A stretch of DNA of 64,000 nucleotides, from the NCBI RefSeq assembly GCF_036321535.1, contig NC_087447.1, positions 41,108,001 through 41,172,000 on the forward strand, given 5' to 3'. This document shows positions 26,916-39,989 of the stretch, in pieces. Below the pieces are notes generated by a model. It saw only the letters and a list, made by a program, of their open reading frames with translations. It did no database searches and was not told the DNA's origin. Each line of letters begins with the position of its first letter. Position 1 is the first letter of the stretch. Both the position numbers and the translations under genes were made by a program. Source of the DNA: Camelus dromedarius (Eukaryota).

Positions 26916-28259
26916 GGCCAATCCTGCTGGTCCACCTTTCCTGGACTAGAGATGAGCTTTGAGATCCCCATCACCTATGTGTGATGACATTGGCCAAGAC
27001 ACAGACCCAGAACACCTATCCCTCAAGTCCCAAAGTCTGCTCCCTGCTAAGAAGCCCCAGGGTCCCAGAATGGGATTGCTGAAACCCAGATCCCTCACTG
27101 ATCTCAAGGGCTGGGGGTCGCAGGGAGCCTCCTGTGGAGGAAGCTGTAATGGCAGTACATTTCCCTGACAGAGTCTGTGAAGTTGATTTCCATAACAGGA
27201 AAGCCGGAGACCTGGGAACCAAATGTGAGACACAGGCCGGCCTGGTCCCACCCTGGCCCCAACCCTAGACCAACCCAACCCAGGACCTAGCCTAGGCCTG
27301 AGGCTACTGAACCAGGCCCAGTACCAAACTCCCTCCCTCTCAAGCTCAGGCAGACTCCTGGGCCTGAGGGATGGTCACGGATGGGTCCCACAAGCCCAGA
27401 ATCACCAGGCGATTAAACTTGCTTCTTATGGTGGCCCCGAGGGTTATAAACAAGCAGCCCTGACATATGGGTCATTCCTGAGATTCCTGCTTCATTGCTT
27501 TTAAAGGCCCCTTGGTGGTAAAGAATTTCAAAGCTGCTAACTTCATAGTATATTAAAGTGGAATAAATTCTTCTGAATGGTCCTCCGGTGAAAACCAGTG
27601 CTTAGAAAATTCCTCTAGACTTCCTCTTGAAGGACCCAAGACTGACCTCTGGTGGTCTCTAAGACCAGCTGAAGCCTGGCCTTTCCCATGTCCATCCTTG
27701 AGACTCTTGCTTGTCTCTTTCTGGCTCCCTCTCTCCCTGTCTCTCTGTGTCTCTCTCGCTCTCTCTCTCAGTTTTGGTGCTTTGTTCTCTCCTTCTGTAC
27801 ATATCTGTTTATATGTGTCTTTCTCTCTGTGTCTCCCTCTCTTCTCCCCATGAGACTCCCAACCCCTTAGAAACATAGGTGTAATAGGATTTTAGAATAA
27901 GACTCTTGCCTTAGTTTCAGCCAAGGTACCAATATGTAAGGAAGCAAATCAGGAGATACCAGATACCAAAATGAGTGTAAGATAGAACTCCCCCAATATG
28001 CAAATTTACTAAGGAAATAGTCTCCAGAACTTGTTCCACAACCTTTTAGACTCCCTTAGTCAGTTTCAAAAGGAGGTTGTCCTCACTAACCTTTCCAGCT
28101 TCCTTTGCATTACACACCCATTCTCCCTGTGTTGTACTGATGGTAGACCACTCACGTCTGCGCCCCGGCGGGCTGGAGGCTGTCAGGCCTCTGTGCCTGG
28201 GTTTATTCTGCCTTTTCTCCTTAGAGTACCATCCTCTATCTTGCTTCTCGTAATCCTGT

Positions 28260-28505
28260 TTGTCCTTTAAAGCCAACCTCAAATGCCTGTCCTTCCTAAA
28301 GCCATCCCTGCTCCCCCAGGGATGAACTACCCTCCTCTGAGCTCCCACCTGGGCTTTTACCATAGTTCTGTTCTTCACACCTGATATCAGAGACTGTGTG
28401 TGTACACCTGTCTCTCTTACCAGCCTCTGAGATCCTTGGGCATGGGCTTCCTCTGGGTCACGCCTGGCAGAGCATAAAGACATTGGCTGATGCTTGGTGA
28501 ATGAG
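28260..28505 (+). mobile_element. L2 3' end
   Basis: cctcaaatgcc...cctggcagagc...tgcttggtgaatga. Confidence 0.6.
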
Positions 28506-28529
28506 TTAGGGAGTGGATCCAATTGGCAG

Positions 28530-29692
28530 CAGTATTCCATAATATGTATGAACCACAGTTTTCTTAACCATTCACCTGTTGAAAACTGGGCTGATTCTAG
28601 TTTTTGGCTATTACAATTAAAGCTGCTATAAATATTTGTGCACTGGCTTTTGGGAGAACATGTCTTCATTTCTCTGGGATAAATGCTCAAAGGTGCAATT
28701 GCTGAGTTGTGTACTAGTTGCATTTTATTTTTAAGAAGCCGTCAAACTGTTTTCCAGAGTGGTTGTACCATTATTTTGGCATCGTATGTATTCAAATTGG
28801 AGTATTTGATTTTTTTTTTTTTGATGATGCTGAACAATATTTATTTACATGGAGAGATGTTCTCAATACATATCGCTAAGTAAATAAGAAAATTAAGAAA
28901 CGACATGTATAGTCCAATTCTTTTTGTTCATTTGTTTTTACTGAAGTATAGTCAATTTACGATGTGTTAATTTCTGGTGTACCACTTAGTGATTCAGTTA
29001 TACGTATATACATATATATATATTCCTTTTCATATTCTTTTTCATTATAGGTTATTACAAAGTATTGAATATAGTTCCCTGTGCTATATAGTAGGTCCTT
29101 GTTGTTTATCTATTTTGTATATAGTAGTTAGTATCTTCAAATCCTGATTTTTTACTGTTGAGTTTTGAGAGCTCTTTATATACTGTAGATACTAGTCTTT
29201 TGTCAGATATGTGGTTTGCAAATATCTTTTCCTAATCTATAGCTTCTTTTTTTATCCTCTTCACATAAGCTTTCATGGAGAAAAGGTTTATAATTTTGAT
29301 GAGGTCTAATTTATCCATTTTCTCTTTTTTTCTTCTTTTTTATGATTTTATTTTATTGAAGTATGTACAATATTATGGAAGTTACAGGTGTACAATAAAG
29401 TGATTCACAATTTTTAAAGGTTATACTTCCTTTAGAGCTAATTTATCCATTTTCAAATTATGCTTTTGGGGTAAAGTCTAAGAACTCTTTGCATAGCCCT
29501 AGATCCTCCAGATAGTCTCCTATGTTCCTTTCAAAAAGTTTTATAGTTTTATGTCCTACATTTGAGTTAGTTTTTTCCACTTTGAGTTAATTTTTGTATA
29601 AAGTATGAGACTGGTTGAGGTTCTTTTTTTTTTTTTTTTTTTTTGCCCATGGATGTCCAGTTGCTCCAGTGCCATTCATTGAAAAGGCTATT
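28530..29692 (-). mobile_element. old L1 fragments with nested younger L1 3' tails
   Basis: Antisense ORF2 motifs (LSIYPREMKT...KLWFIHIMEY); young 3'UTR pieces at about 28930-29147 and 29340-29435. Confidence 0.8.
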
Positions 29693-31119
29693 TAACCTTT
29701 GTTCTAATCTAGGCTAAACTGAGGGTGTTTGAGGTTTATAGTCATCCCCCCATTTCTCTCCCGCCATCACATACAGGAATAAACAGCATAGATGTCAACA
29801 GTCAACACAAGTATACACACATATTTATAGCTAGTTATTAGTCATCTAAATTAGCAACATTAAATCTTTTATTCCAGGAAAAAAAAAATTTGCAACACAT
29901 GTCATAGTTAAAGGTCTAATATCCATAATACATAAGAAACTGTTAAAAATTGAGGACACAGGGACCAAACATCTGAGAGACAAATGGGCAAAATTCATGA
30001 ACTTTTACCCCCACAAAAGATGTAAAATGGCCTTTAAACTTATGAGAAGTCATTCAACTCATAAAAAGAGAAATGCAAATTAAAACTACACTGAACTACC
30101 ATTTATCATCTATCAAATTAGCAAAAATTTTGAAACTTGGCACCATATTGGTGGCAAGTCTAAGGAGAAATAAGCACTCTCACAGACTGCTGATAGGAAG
30201 GCAAAACGGTACAGCCTTAGGGAGGGGAATCTGGCAGTATTTAACAAAACTGTATATGCATTTACCTTCCGTTCCAGAAATCCATTTCTAGGAATTTACT
30301 CTGAAAATATACCTTCAATAATACAAAGTGATATGTGCACAAGTTTATTTATTGCAACAGTATTTGTAATTGCAAAGTATTGGAAACAATTTAAATGTTC
30401 ATACATAGGAGATGTGTTGGATAAACTAAATTGTATCCACACAATGGAGTACTGTGCAATGGTAAAAGACAATAGTAATGGTCTTTACAAAGTGATACGG
30501 AGGAATTTCCAGAACTTATTTTATTAAGTAAAAAAGCAGACTGCAAAAGGGCGTATATAGTCTTCTAACTTTCAGGGAGTAATAAGAGAGTAATACTTCA
30601 GTGAAAGTAACTTTTTATATAGTTTGGAGTTTGAAATCATGTTAACATTTTAAATACTTTTTAATAAAAATTAAGTCAAATCAATATAGATGTCAGTTTG
30701 AAAAGTCTAAAGTGGAATATAAACAGAAAAAAAAATGAACCTAACTATAATTTAAAAGAGTAACATACCTTAGTGAAGAGGGGGAGAAACGAGAACAAGC
30801 CCAAGTAACTTGAATGCAGTGCTTTGACTATGTGCCTTCAATATAAAGACCAAAGGGCGGGGGGGGGGGGGGGCGGAGGGAACCTGTGAATAAGTGATTC
30901 TCCTATAGGCTTGGTTCTTGCAGTGGTACTGGTTAGCAATTCTGAAATCACTTTCTATGAAAAGTCGGATTGAGCAGATGTACAAATAGTTTGAAATGGT
31001 GGGAGCCAGGTCTCTCACTGTGAGATAGTTGTTACAAACATGGAGTGGGAGAAGTTTAGGCTGAACCCCATTGTGTAGGATTGCAATTAGACGTATGGAA
31101 TAGACAGAGAGACAGATAG

Positions 31120-31122
<3 letters not shown>

Positions 31123-31168
<46 letters not shown>
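31123..31168 (+). repeat. (TG)23 microsatellite
   Basis: Perfect dinucleotide run. Confidence 0.97.
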
Positions 31169-31170
<2 letters not shown>

Positions 31171-31709
31171 CTTGATCTATAAACTGAAGGGGCTTTGAAG
31201 CAATGAAAATGCCAGCAGCAATGAAAACACCAACTGCCCAAATCTTCTAAATATTATTTCTTATTGTAATATCAGGAACCAGAGTTCCTTGGAGAAATAA
31301 CTGATTCTAAGATTGAGACCAGAAGGACCTAGAATATCTTGTCACAGAAAATAAGAAAGTGCTCAAAAAATTATAGAAACATATCAAAAAATATAGGAGC
31401 CAACTTTAGGGGGTTCCCACTGGCCAAATGCAGGTCAATGTGAGCATCAAAATAAGTAGTGACAGCAATGACTTAGAACCCATTGAGTAAAATATGATCT
31501 ATGAGTGTAGACTAGTATAATTCAATACATGACTAAATAAATGGGAGATAAAGGAAAGAGCTCTTTTATAGAATTATGCTGACCAATTAATGTACAAAAA
31601 ATGATGGAGTAAGAAAAAAATCACCGTTTTGCAATCATTAGGATAATAATAGATTCACATATCAATGGATACCAAAACTAGTGGGTGATAGTTTGATAAA
31701 GAATAGGGT

Positions 31710-31800
31710 GTGAGTGTGGGTAAGCTCAGTGTTAGAGCACATGCTTAGCATGCACAAGGTCCTGGGTTCAATCCCCAGTACCTCCATTTAAAAAAAAAAT
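31710..31800 (+). mobile_element. tRNA-Ala-derived SINE
   Basis: A and B boxes, A tail; TSD agaatagggt at 31700-31709 and 31801-31810. Confidence 0.92.
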
Positions 31801-33175
31801 AGAATAGGGTATTTACATAGTTTTAAAATATCTTTCCAAAAATTAATTACAAAGAGTAAAATGAGAACTTACAGTGGAGAAACCTAGAATATGCCACCTT
31901 CAGCAAGCGATGAAGGTTACCATCACCAATAAGGGAACAAAGCAACATCATGTCCCTTCCAGTACAAGGTTTGGAAAGGGACACAGATCATTTCTGTGGC
32001 ATTCAAGCTAAAAATGCATGATCTGAATCCTGTCACGAGGAAACACTATTCAAACCCAAATTGAAGGGTAATTTACAAAATAACTGACCTGTACTCTTCA
32101 AAGATGTCAGGGTCATGAAAGATAAAAGATGAGGAAATATTCCAAATTAAGGAAGACTGGAGAGACATGACAAGTAAATGCTATGTGTGAATCTGGATCA
32201 GATCCTGGACCAGGAAATAAAAAGCTATAGACAACTGGCAAAATTTGAATTTGAACTGTGGATTGGATGACAGCATTTGTCCATGTTAAATTTCCCAATT
32301 TTGATAATTGTACTGTAGTACAAATGACAAATTACAAAATGTCCTTGTTCCTAAAAATACACACTGACCTATTAAGGGGTAAAGGAATGTAATTAATGCC
32401 TACTTACCCTCAGATATGTTTGTATTTAGAAAAAGAGAACAATGATTATGCAAATAGCACAAAATGCTGACTCTTGGTGAATCTGGATGAAGGGTATATG
32501 GAAGTCCTTTGTACTATTGCAATTTTCTGTGGTTTAAAATTATATCAAAATTAAGAGTTTCAAAAAATATTTTTCTACCATTGGAATATTTTCTTAAATG
32601 AAATCCAATCTGGAAGCTCAATGTGTTCAATGTATAAACTCAGAGTTATTCTGAATGAAACAGGGATGTTGGATCCAGAGGTCTGCACTCAGATCCCCTC
32701 CCACCCTGCATAGCATACTTGAAGTAAGACCTAGAGGCTTGGCTGTTCTCAGCCAGTCTGTCACCACCAGAGCACTGGATGTGCCTAAGGTGGCACCTCT
32801 GGTCTTATCCCTATTCAGATCCTCTTCCCTGAGCACCTCTGCTCTCCAGCCTCCTCCAACCTGTGCTCTCCACGCTTATCTGCCTTTTCCTAATATTTAT
32901 GCAAATATGTCACTTGCAGAGAATTCTCACCTCTGTGTCTATTACTGCCTACTGTCTGTGATGCTCAGAAATGGTCTTCCCCAACCCCACAGAGCTTCAC
33001 TGCTGCTATTTCCACATCTGCCTCAAGCTGCAGCTGCCTGTGCCAAGGAGGAACTTCCGGAGGAAGGGAATGCCCTATGCTGACACCCCACCCCACCCCC
33101 AGCTCCCCTTGCCCCGGGAAAATACCTCTGACTGCTACAGTGGGACTCTCTGGCATCCGGCAAGGGAAAGATGTT

Positions 33176-33598
33176 TGCATTCGTTTCCTGTGGCTGCTAC
33201 ACTAAATCACCACAAAGGTGGTGGCTTAAAACAACACAAATTGATTATTTTGCAGTTCTGGTAGTCAAAAATTCAAAATCAGTTTCACTGGACAGAAGTC
33301 AAGGTCCTGGCAGTGCTGTTTCCTTAGCTTGTGGTCCTGCCTTCAATGTTCAAAGGGCATCACTCCAGTCTCTGTTTCCATCACCACCTCATCTTCTCTT
33401 CTGTCTAATCTCCCTCTGCCTCTCTTCTTTAGAGCCACTTGTGACTACCTTTAGGGCCCACTCAAAGAATCCAGGATACCTCTCCATCACAAGAGCCTTA
33501 ACCAAGGCAAGGACCCTTTTGCCATGTAAGGTAACATTCACAGGTTCTAACGTTTGGGCTGTAGATAGCTTTGAGGGCCATTACTCAGCCTGCCACAG
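33176..33598 (-). mobile_element. MaLR LTR (MLT1-type)
   Basis: gtttcctgtggctgct...ggtggcttaaaacaacac...cagttctgg...gccatgtaaggtaacattcacagg...cagcctgccaca. Confidence 0.85.
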
Positions 33599-33661
33599 AT
33601 ACCTATATCACCACTGTCCAGTAGCCTTTCCCTATTACTCAAATACCCCCAGTCTTCTTCC

Positions 33662-34000
33662 AGATTTATCGAGATATGATTGACATACAGCACTGTGTAA
33701 GTGTAAGGTGTACAACATAATGACTTGACTTACATTATGAAATGATTTCCACAATAAGTTTAGTAAATATCTATCATCTCATATAGATAACAACATTAAA
33801 GAAATAGAAACATAAATGTTTTCCTAGTGATGGGAACTCTTAGGATTTACTCTCAATGACTTTCACATATAACGTACAGCAATGTTAATTATATTTATCA
33901 TGTGTACATCGTATCCCCAGTACCCATTTATTTTATAACTGCAAGTTTGTACCTTTTGACTACCTTCATCCAATTCTCCCTTCCCTCACCTCTGCCTACC
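33662..34000 (-). mobile_element. L1 3'UTR fragment
   Basis: gagatatgattgacatacagcactgtgtaagtgtaaggtgtacaacat...gaactcttaggatttactct. Confidence 0.8.
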
Positions 34001-34109
34001 CCCGCCGCCAAAAATACCCCCAGTCTTAAGGATGATTTGCTATCTTTCACTCAATTGTTTCCCCAAGTTTGCTGATTCAGGTTCAAAACTGCAACAGAGG
34101 CCGCCTTAC

Positions 34110-34246
34110 TTTGACTGCTGGGCTCTGGTGCGCCCCTTCCCCGTAGGTGAAGTTACAGAGCTTGTGTCTGCCCGGCTCTTCCCACACAACCACTGAACTG
34201 GGGAGCTGCCTTGGTCTCCTACAGCAGTAGCCTGGGATGGAAGCCC
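34110..34246 (-). other. candidate internal exon (137 nt)
   Basis: Strong acceptor cctctttccttttgctttcag|G and donor AAA|gtaagg, in non-repeat sequence. Confidence 0.4.
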
Positions 34247-35454
34247 CTGAAAGCAAAAGGAAAGAGGTTGAGCAGGAAGGCTCTCTGCTAATTTTCCAGG
34301 GCTGTGGCTGGGGTGGGCTGAGGTCTCCCCAGACACTCTCATCATCAACAGCTACACATGTAAATCAAAAAGGCCCTGAGCCACGGTGCTCCTGGAGAAT
34401 GAAAGGAGGAAAAAACATCAGCTCATGCTTGGGCTGATTCTAAAATATATGGGAATGAAAACCTTTGGGGTGATGAATTTCCCTTTAATGCTGCCATATC
34501 TGTAGTCCTGAAGGTTTAACCTCTGATTTTTGGCAATAAAACCAGCATTATTTCTGCAAACTTGACACCAGATGCTTCCAGAGAGATATAGCTGAAGTGA
34601 TAAAAATCTATTTAACAGATTTAGTGAAGCAAATACAAACTAATTAACAATTTTGGAATTGGGATTAAACACTAATTCTTTTAAACCATAAAAACTGGGA
34701 TGAACAAAAGGAAAAACGTTCTCCCTCTGAATAACTCAAAGGAGCCATCTGTTTGTCATTGAGAAAATGGCCCAATTGATAGATTTTGAACAAATTCCGA
34801 CATACTTTTATCTGGATTTGAATGCATATGGACAGCCATCCCAGAAAGAAGGCACATTACTTCCTGGCTAACATGACAATCTGGGCTTCCCCGAAGCTCC
34901 AGAAAACAAGTTATGTGCACTGACTCAGAAATGAGAAGATAAAGAATAAAGTGATATCTTTATAAATTCTGCTTGAGACGTTTGTTTCCAGCCATCAGGA
35001 AGGAAAGATGGCCTGAGGTTCCCTCTAACTTTACTGTGTGGCAGCCACTGATGGGACACAGCTCTCTGGCTGTGCCTTCAGAGCCATCTTTCCACAAGGG
35101 TGAAGGGGCTTCACCTGCTGCTGTCCTGACACTTTCCAAATTAAATGAGGTCCGAGCTGAGACTGAACTTTCCATTCCTCCATCTCCCCACTGGGACACT
35201 CTCAGCCTCAGAAAGCAGGCTGATTCTAGAACATCGGCCCTGTGTGCATCCCACCCTAATCGGGGTTGGGTGACAGGGGAGAATTCTGTTTGCTGTGGCC
35301 CCCAAATCACTGGATTAGTCTAACTGTTAACCCCACTGGGAGTGGCTCCTGAGAAGACCTCAGATCTGTTATGAGCTACTTGAGGATGGGGTATTTGGGA
35401 TTCTTTGTGCCTAGCCCAAAGGCATATTTAAGTACTCAATTAACAACAACAACA

Positions 35455-35680
35455 AGAAGAAATTACAACTTACTGAGTGCCTATTATGTGCTGACACTGT
35501 GCTATGTCATTTAGTCCTCTCAACAGCATTATGAAATAGATACTATTATGATCCCTATTTTACAGATAAGAAAACTAAGTTCTAGAAAGATCGAGAAATT
35601 TGTCTAAGGTCATATGACTCCTAAGTGTTAAGACAAAGTTAAAACTCAGGCTGTCTGATTCCAGAACTGACTACCACACA
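35455..35680 (-). mobile_element. MIR SINE
   Basis: tactgagtgcctattatgtgc...ctattttacagataagaaaactaag...aaggtcat. Confidence 0.85.
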
Positions 35681-36760
35681 TACCCTACTGTATGTGTGTA
35701 CAAGAACATTCATTCATTCACACCCCAATTCACGATAAAATATATTTGAGATTATTTTACAGAAATATAACCAGTGCAACTCAACTGTGACTATTGAGTT
35801 TCAGGAAAATAAGGTTGGAAAAGTCAAGTTGATAAGTGCATGGCGAGTTCAGATGAGGTTGGTAGCAGCACGTGGAGAGAAGTCTTAATTACCCCTTGAG
35901 GTTTGGTACTTGGACTCTTGGGGCAGGCAGAGCTATGAGAAACCAGCTCTGGGAAGCAAGACAAAGTCCGTCTTGGGCTATGGTTATGGTGACTACTGAT
36001 GGGCTGGCCAAAGACTGTGGAGGGTGAGCTGCAGGTGAACAAACCCTGTCAATTAGACCTTGGGGATGGGCCGCATGGATCAGGTGTTACACTGCCTCAG
36101 TTTCTCCCAGGTGGGTCAGTGTTTGGAGGCTGAAAACAGCAAGTCCAGTCACAACTCAGAATGCTTTACTGGGCTTGGGGGTTACCACTGCCAGTCACAG
36201 AGCAGTCCATATTCTTTTTCTACCCATCTTGTAGAAGGCAACCAAGCTCACAGGTTTCTGATAGTTGTTTGAAATTTCCTTGGTCAGAATTCCTTCCTGC
36301 CTCTGAAAGACCCTTTGTAACTAGAAACTATTCCAAAGGGCAGGTCTCTTGGGCCCTCCCCATTGGTGTTACCTAAAATTCTCCTGATGATGGACATACA
36401 CATTCAAACACAGAAATGGTTGAAAAATTTTCAGACCAGGGTTTCCAGTCTACGTTTCTGGACAATGAGTGCCCAGATTCCACTGCATAAACCCCCTAAT
36501 TCCGAGGCCTAGCACTCACTGTCAGAGGGGCCTGGCCGCACGCAGCCAGACACAGCATGATAGTCAAGGATCAAAACGCAAATGAGTCATTGAGCTGCCT
36601 CAGCTTCCCCAGGGAATCTGAGAGCAGACCTGCTTGGAGGAGCTATTGATGAACGCAGACAGGAGCTAATTCGGACACCTGTGGCAGTCTAAGTCCCCGA
36701 TTAGACTTCCCTCCATTTCCCACACTAGGGAGACAGTCATGCCATTGGGCTTTTCACGCT

Positions 36761-37345
36761 CATGTTTCTCAAACAACAGCCGTGGGATACTTCCTCTGGG
36801 TTCATGAGTCTTGGACATTTTTTTTTTGTATTTTTATTTTGATGAAAATGTTTTAAAAATAATCAATATGAGTATCTTGTGGATCAACTGGCTGACCAGC
36901 TCAAACCATAGAATGTCTATGTCTACATGTAGGTTTGTGTCGATGACAGCATAGGGGTCAAATAGACCTGCTTTCACTGTCTCAGGCTAATGAAAAATGA
37001 GCAGGAGGGACTTCCACACAAATGATGTGATCAGTGTCAAAAACAATATCCTCACTACGTGCTGCAGAAACAAAGGTACCATGATGTTTATAATAGACAC
37101 TGTTTAGAAAAGAGGAATGCTATCAGCTTTGTGGATTTATTTATACTTTATAAATTTGTAAAGGTTTATCTGAATGTTAATGTTTGTGCAGTGTTATTTA
37201 TATTTAAATGTATATATTTTGGTTTTTAAGGAGATTATACCTAGGTTAATGTCTGTACATATTTAAGTTAATTATGATAATAAGATAATCTGTAGGCATT
37301 TTTTCTTTGAAGGGGATCTGTACATCATTTAAACTTGGAGCACTA
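36761..37345. mobile_element. probable hAT (Charlie-like) DNA transposon fossil
   Basis: AT-rich body bounded by degenerate TIR-like ends catgtttctcaaac and aaacttggagcacta. Confidence 0.45.
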
Positions 37346-37842
37346 TTATTTTCTGAACACTACATTATTAATTTCTCTAAAGAGTGGAGTTTTCCCTCTA
37401 TTGGCCAGTGGGTGTGGCAAATATTTTTGATTGGTCAGATTAACTTCTTTATTTTTTTATGGCCTCCTTGTTCACAGTCCTTTCCCCTGAAGAATGTATG
37501 GCTGAAGAAACTGCCCATATGACCACTTTCACTGTTCTCAATAGGAACAGAAAGTTCTGAAAGGTCCTCAAGGCATGTCCTCATGGGCTAGTGTTTGGTC
37601 AGAGGTGCAGTGCAGAAGCCTTGCACCAGCTCTGGTAGGAGATCCAGCCAGGCAGCAGGACAGCCTTCACATGCATCCCCAGCCTTCATCCTCATCTCCT
37701 CCACCTGTACCACTGAAGACAGCACTGGCTCCAGAGCCAGGAGGAAGGAGGCTGGGAGGACAGACCCTGAAGCTGAGACTCCATTTACCCCAGCTCTGGA
37801 GGGATGAGGCCGGGGAGGCAGGAGCCAGACCAGTGAACTCAC

Positions 37843-37956
37843 AGGTCAATAGCTGACGGCAGAGAAAACAAATTATTTCAGACATAATTGACTGTAGACA
37901 ACAAAACACCAAGGCCATCTCAGTAAAACATCACATTGCCTCTGACTTGAGTTGAC
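37843..37956 (-). other. candidate exon (114 nt) containing an ATG in good Kozak context
   Basis: Acceptor cttgcttctcttcttcag|G, donor CCT|gtgagt; gagATGG at 37918. Confidence 0.35.
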
Positions 37957-39490
37957 CTGAAGAAGAGAAGCAAGGATCCATTAGAAGAAATTGTTGAAAT
38001 GTTGAGGCTTTGCCCTGAAGTCCCGTCCATGGCCCTTTAAATGTGGGCAGCCTGCTCAGGGACAGTGCAGGGACCTGGGAAGGGGGTGCCACCAGGAAGG
38101 GGTGACAATTAAAGTCAGTAATGCCTATTCTGGGACACTTCTTAGGGCTGCTCCTGCTTATCTTGAAGCAAACACTCACAAAGTCCAAGAAGATACTGTG
38201 AGTGAAGGAGATGATCCAGCTCCAAGACACAGATACACTTGGTTTACGTATCAAACACATATGAATTTTTTTTTTAATCTCACAAAGAAACATGCTTTCC
38301 ACCATGTTGCATGAAACACACAACCCCTTTTTGGTCTACCTTTCATTAGTTTTGCTAAAGACATGGGTATCGGGAAATACCTCTCTATCACAAGGATAAC
38401 AACAGTGCAAAAGTGATGCAAAAGATAATGGATACACAATTTAAAGTCGAGATGATTGGGAACGGGGATTGGGCTGAGCTGGAGAGCACGCATTCTGTCT
38501 GCAGATAGCAGTAGTCTGTGAGGCTACCTTTTGCTTTGCTAAGGCAAACGTCAGTTCTACTCAGCACAAGCTCCAGGAACCTTCAGAGGAACAAAGGATG
38601 ATTGCTAAAGGGCCATCCATTCCTCAAATGTGGGCCAAGTGCTGGCTGATTTAACCAGTTTGCTGCTGAGCTTTTTTTCTGTAATATGTTTACCAATTAA
38701 CAACCTGTAACAGGTAATAGAGGAAGGTTCCTGATGCAGAACACTATTATGTGTCCAGCCACATGTAATGAGGCCATTCCCACATCTTGGCCAATGGCCC
38801 ACACTAACACAGCCCTGCTGATGTGACTATAATGAATTCTATTAAATGAAAAACTCAACATAATGGCAACTATTAATACCTTCTAATATTAATAGGTGGC
38901 ATTCATCTTATGTAATGGGATCTGTCTACTTAGCAGGCACTTCATTACACAGCTCTTCCCCAGTTTCTTTAAGTATCTTCTCACCACACTGACCACTGAC
39001 TGCTGGAGACGCTCCAGCTTGTCATCACTACTAAGGTGGGGACTGGAGGGCATGTGACAACACAGAAAAATTAGCCCCATTCAGGACTCTAGGGCTTTCC
39101 TCTTCTTACCTAGAACCTCATCCTTCAGATCTCAGGTTAGGTGCCACTTCCATCAGGAAGCCTGCCCTGCTTGTCTCCTGCACCTCAACAACAACAAGAA
39201 CTGGATTAAGTGCCCTCCATCAAGGCTCCCCAGAACCGTTGGTTTGCCCATATCTGCCATCACCCTCTGTAGGCTCCTTCCAAGCAGGGTCCTGGCATCC
39301 CTGGACCAAAGCATAGAAAGCATTCAAACAAATGTAAAAATAATTGAATGGATTATTAGATGGATTAATGGATAGAGTGTGGGAAAATGGGTGGATGGAT
39401 GGATAAACAGACAGATGAACGGATGTCGTCTGCCTTTTTAGAGGTTCTGCGTAGGGAAAGGCAGTTTTCCAATATATTTTAATACAAATC

Positions 39491-39509
39491 TCTCCACTAG
39501 ATGGCGCTC
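39491..39509 (+). promoter_or_regulatory. CTCF binding motif
   Basis: tctCCACTAGATGGCGCtc matches the CCAS(C/T)AG(A/G)(G/T)GGC(G/A)C core and retains its CpG; lies in non-repeat DNA. Confidence 0.7.
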
Positions 39510-39989
39510 ACAATTTTCCTAATTTTTGGTTTCTACAGAAAATTTTCAAAATCTCAGAATTGAAGCTGTCTTAGAATCATTATGCAGGTTTCACAGTCAA
39601 TTTAACTTGTTTACCATAATGTCTGTGTTTCTTGTTCATCACATTTCACACAATTACAAACATTCTTTCGCCTGGGACGTCAAGTCATTCTGTTTGAACA
39701 TCGGATGGGCTGCTTTGTGGCTTGCCCGATCGCTGCAGGGTGTTAGGAACGAAGTGTGTCCCCAGATCGTGGAGGAAATGAAGGCATAGTTCTTCCATGA
39801 CTCTATCCCCAACAACAAAGAGTCAGCAGAAAAATGAAACCTTGCCTTGAAACAGCCATTAACCTTTGTTTCCATGAATTTTGGGCTTGGTAAAATAATC
39901 TCTTCCACTGTACAGTGCTTTATGCTGTAAAAAGCAATTTCACATTACAGAAGCAGTGTCTGAGCTCCTAAAAACTATGGCAGGCGCTT

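Larger units (their letters stand above)
29870..32565 (+). mobile_element. ancient L1 (L1MC3/4-like) ORF2 end and 3'UTR
   Basis: MQIKTTLNYHLSSIKLAKI and LFIATVFVIAKYWKQ are ORF2-like; long degenerate 3'UTR. Confidence 0.8.

Noticed and set aside
28046..28723. 225-aa ORF
   Set aside because: Chance read-through of L1 and L2 fragments
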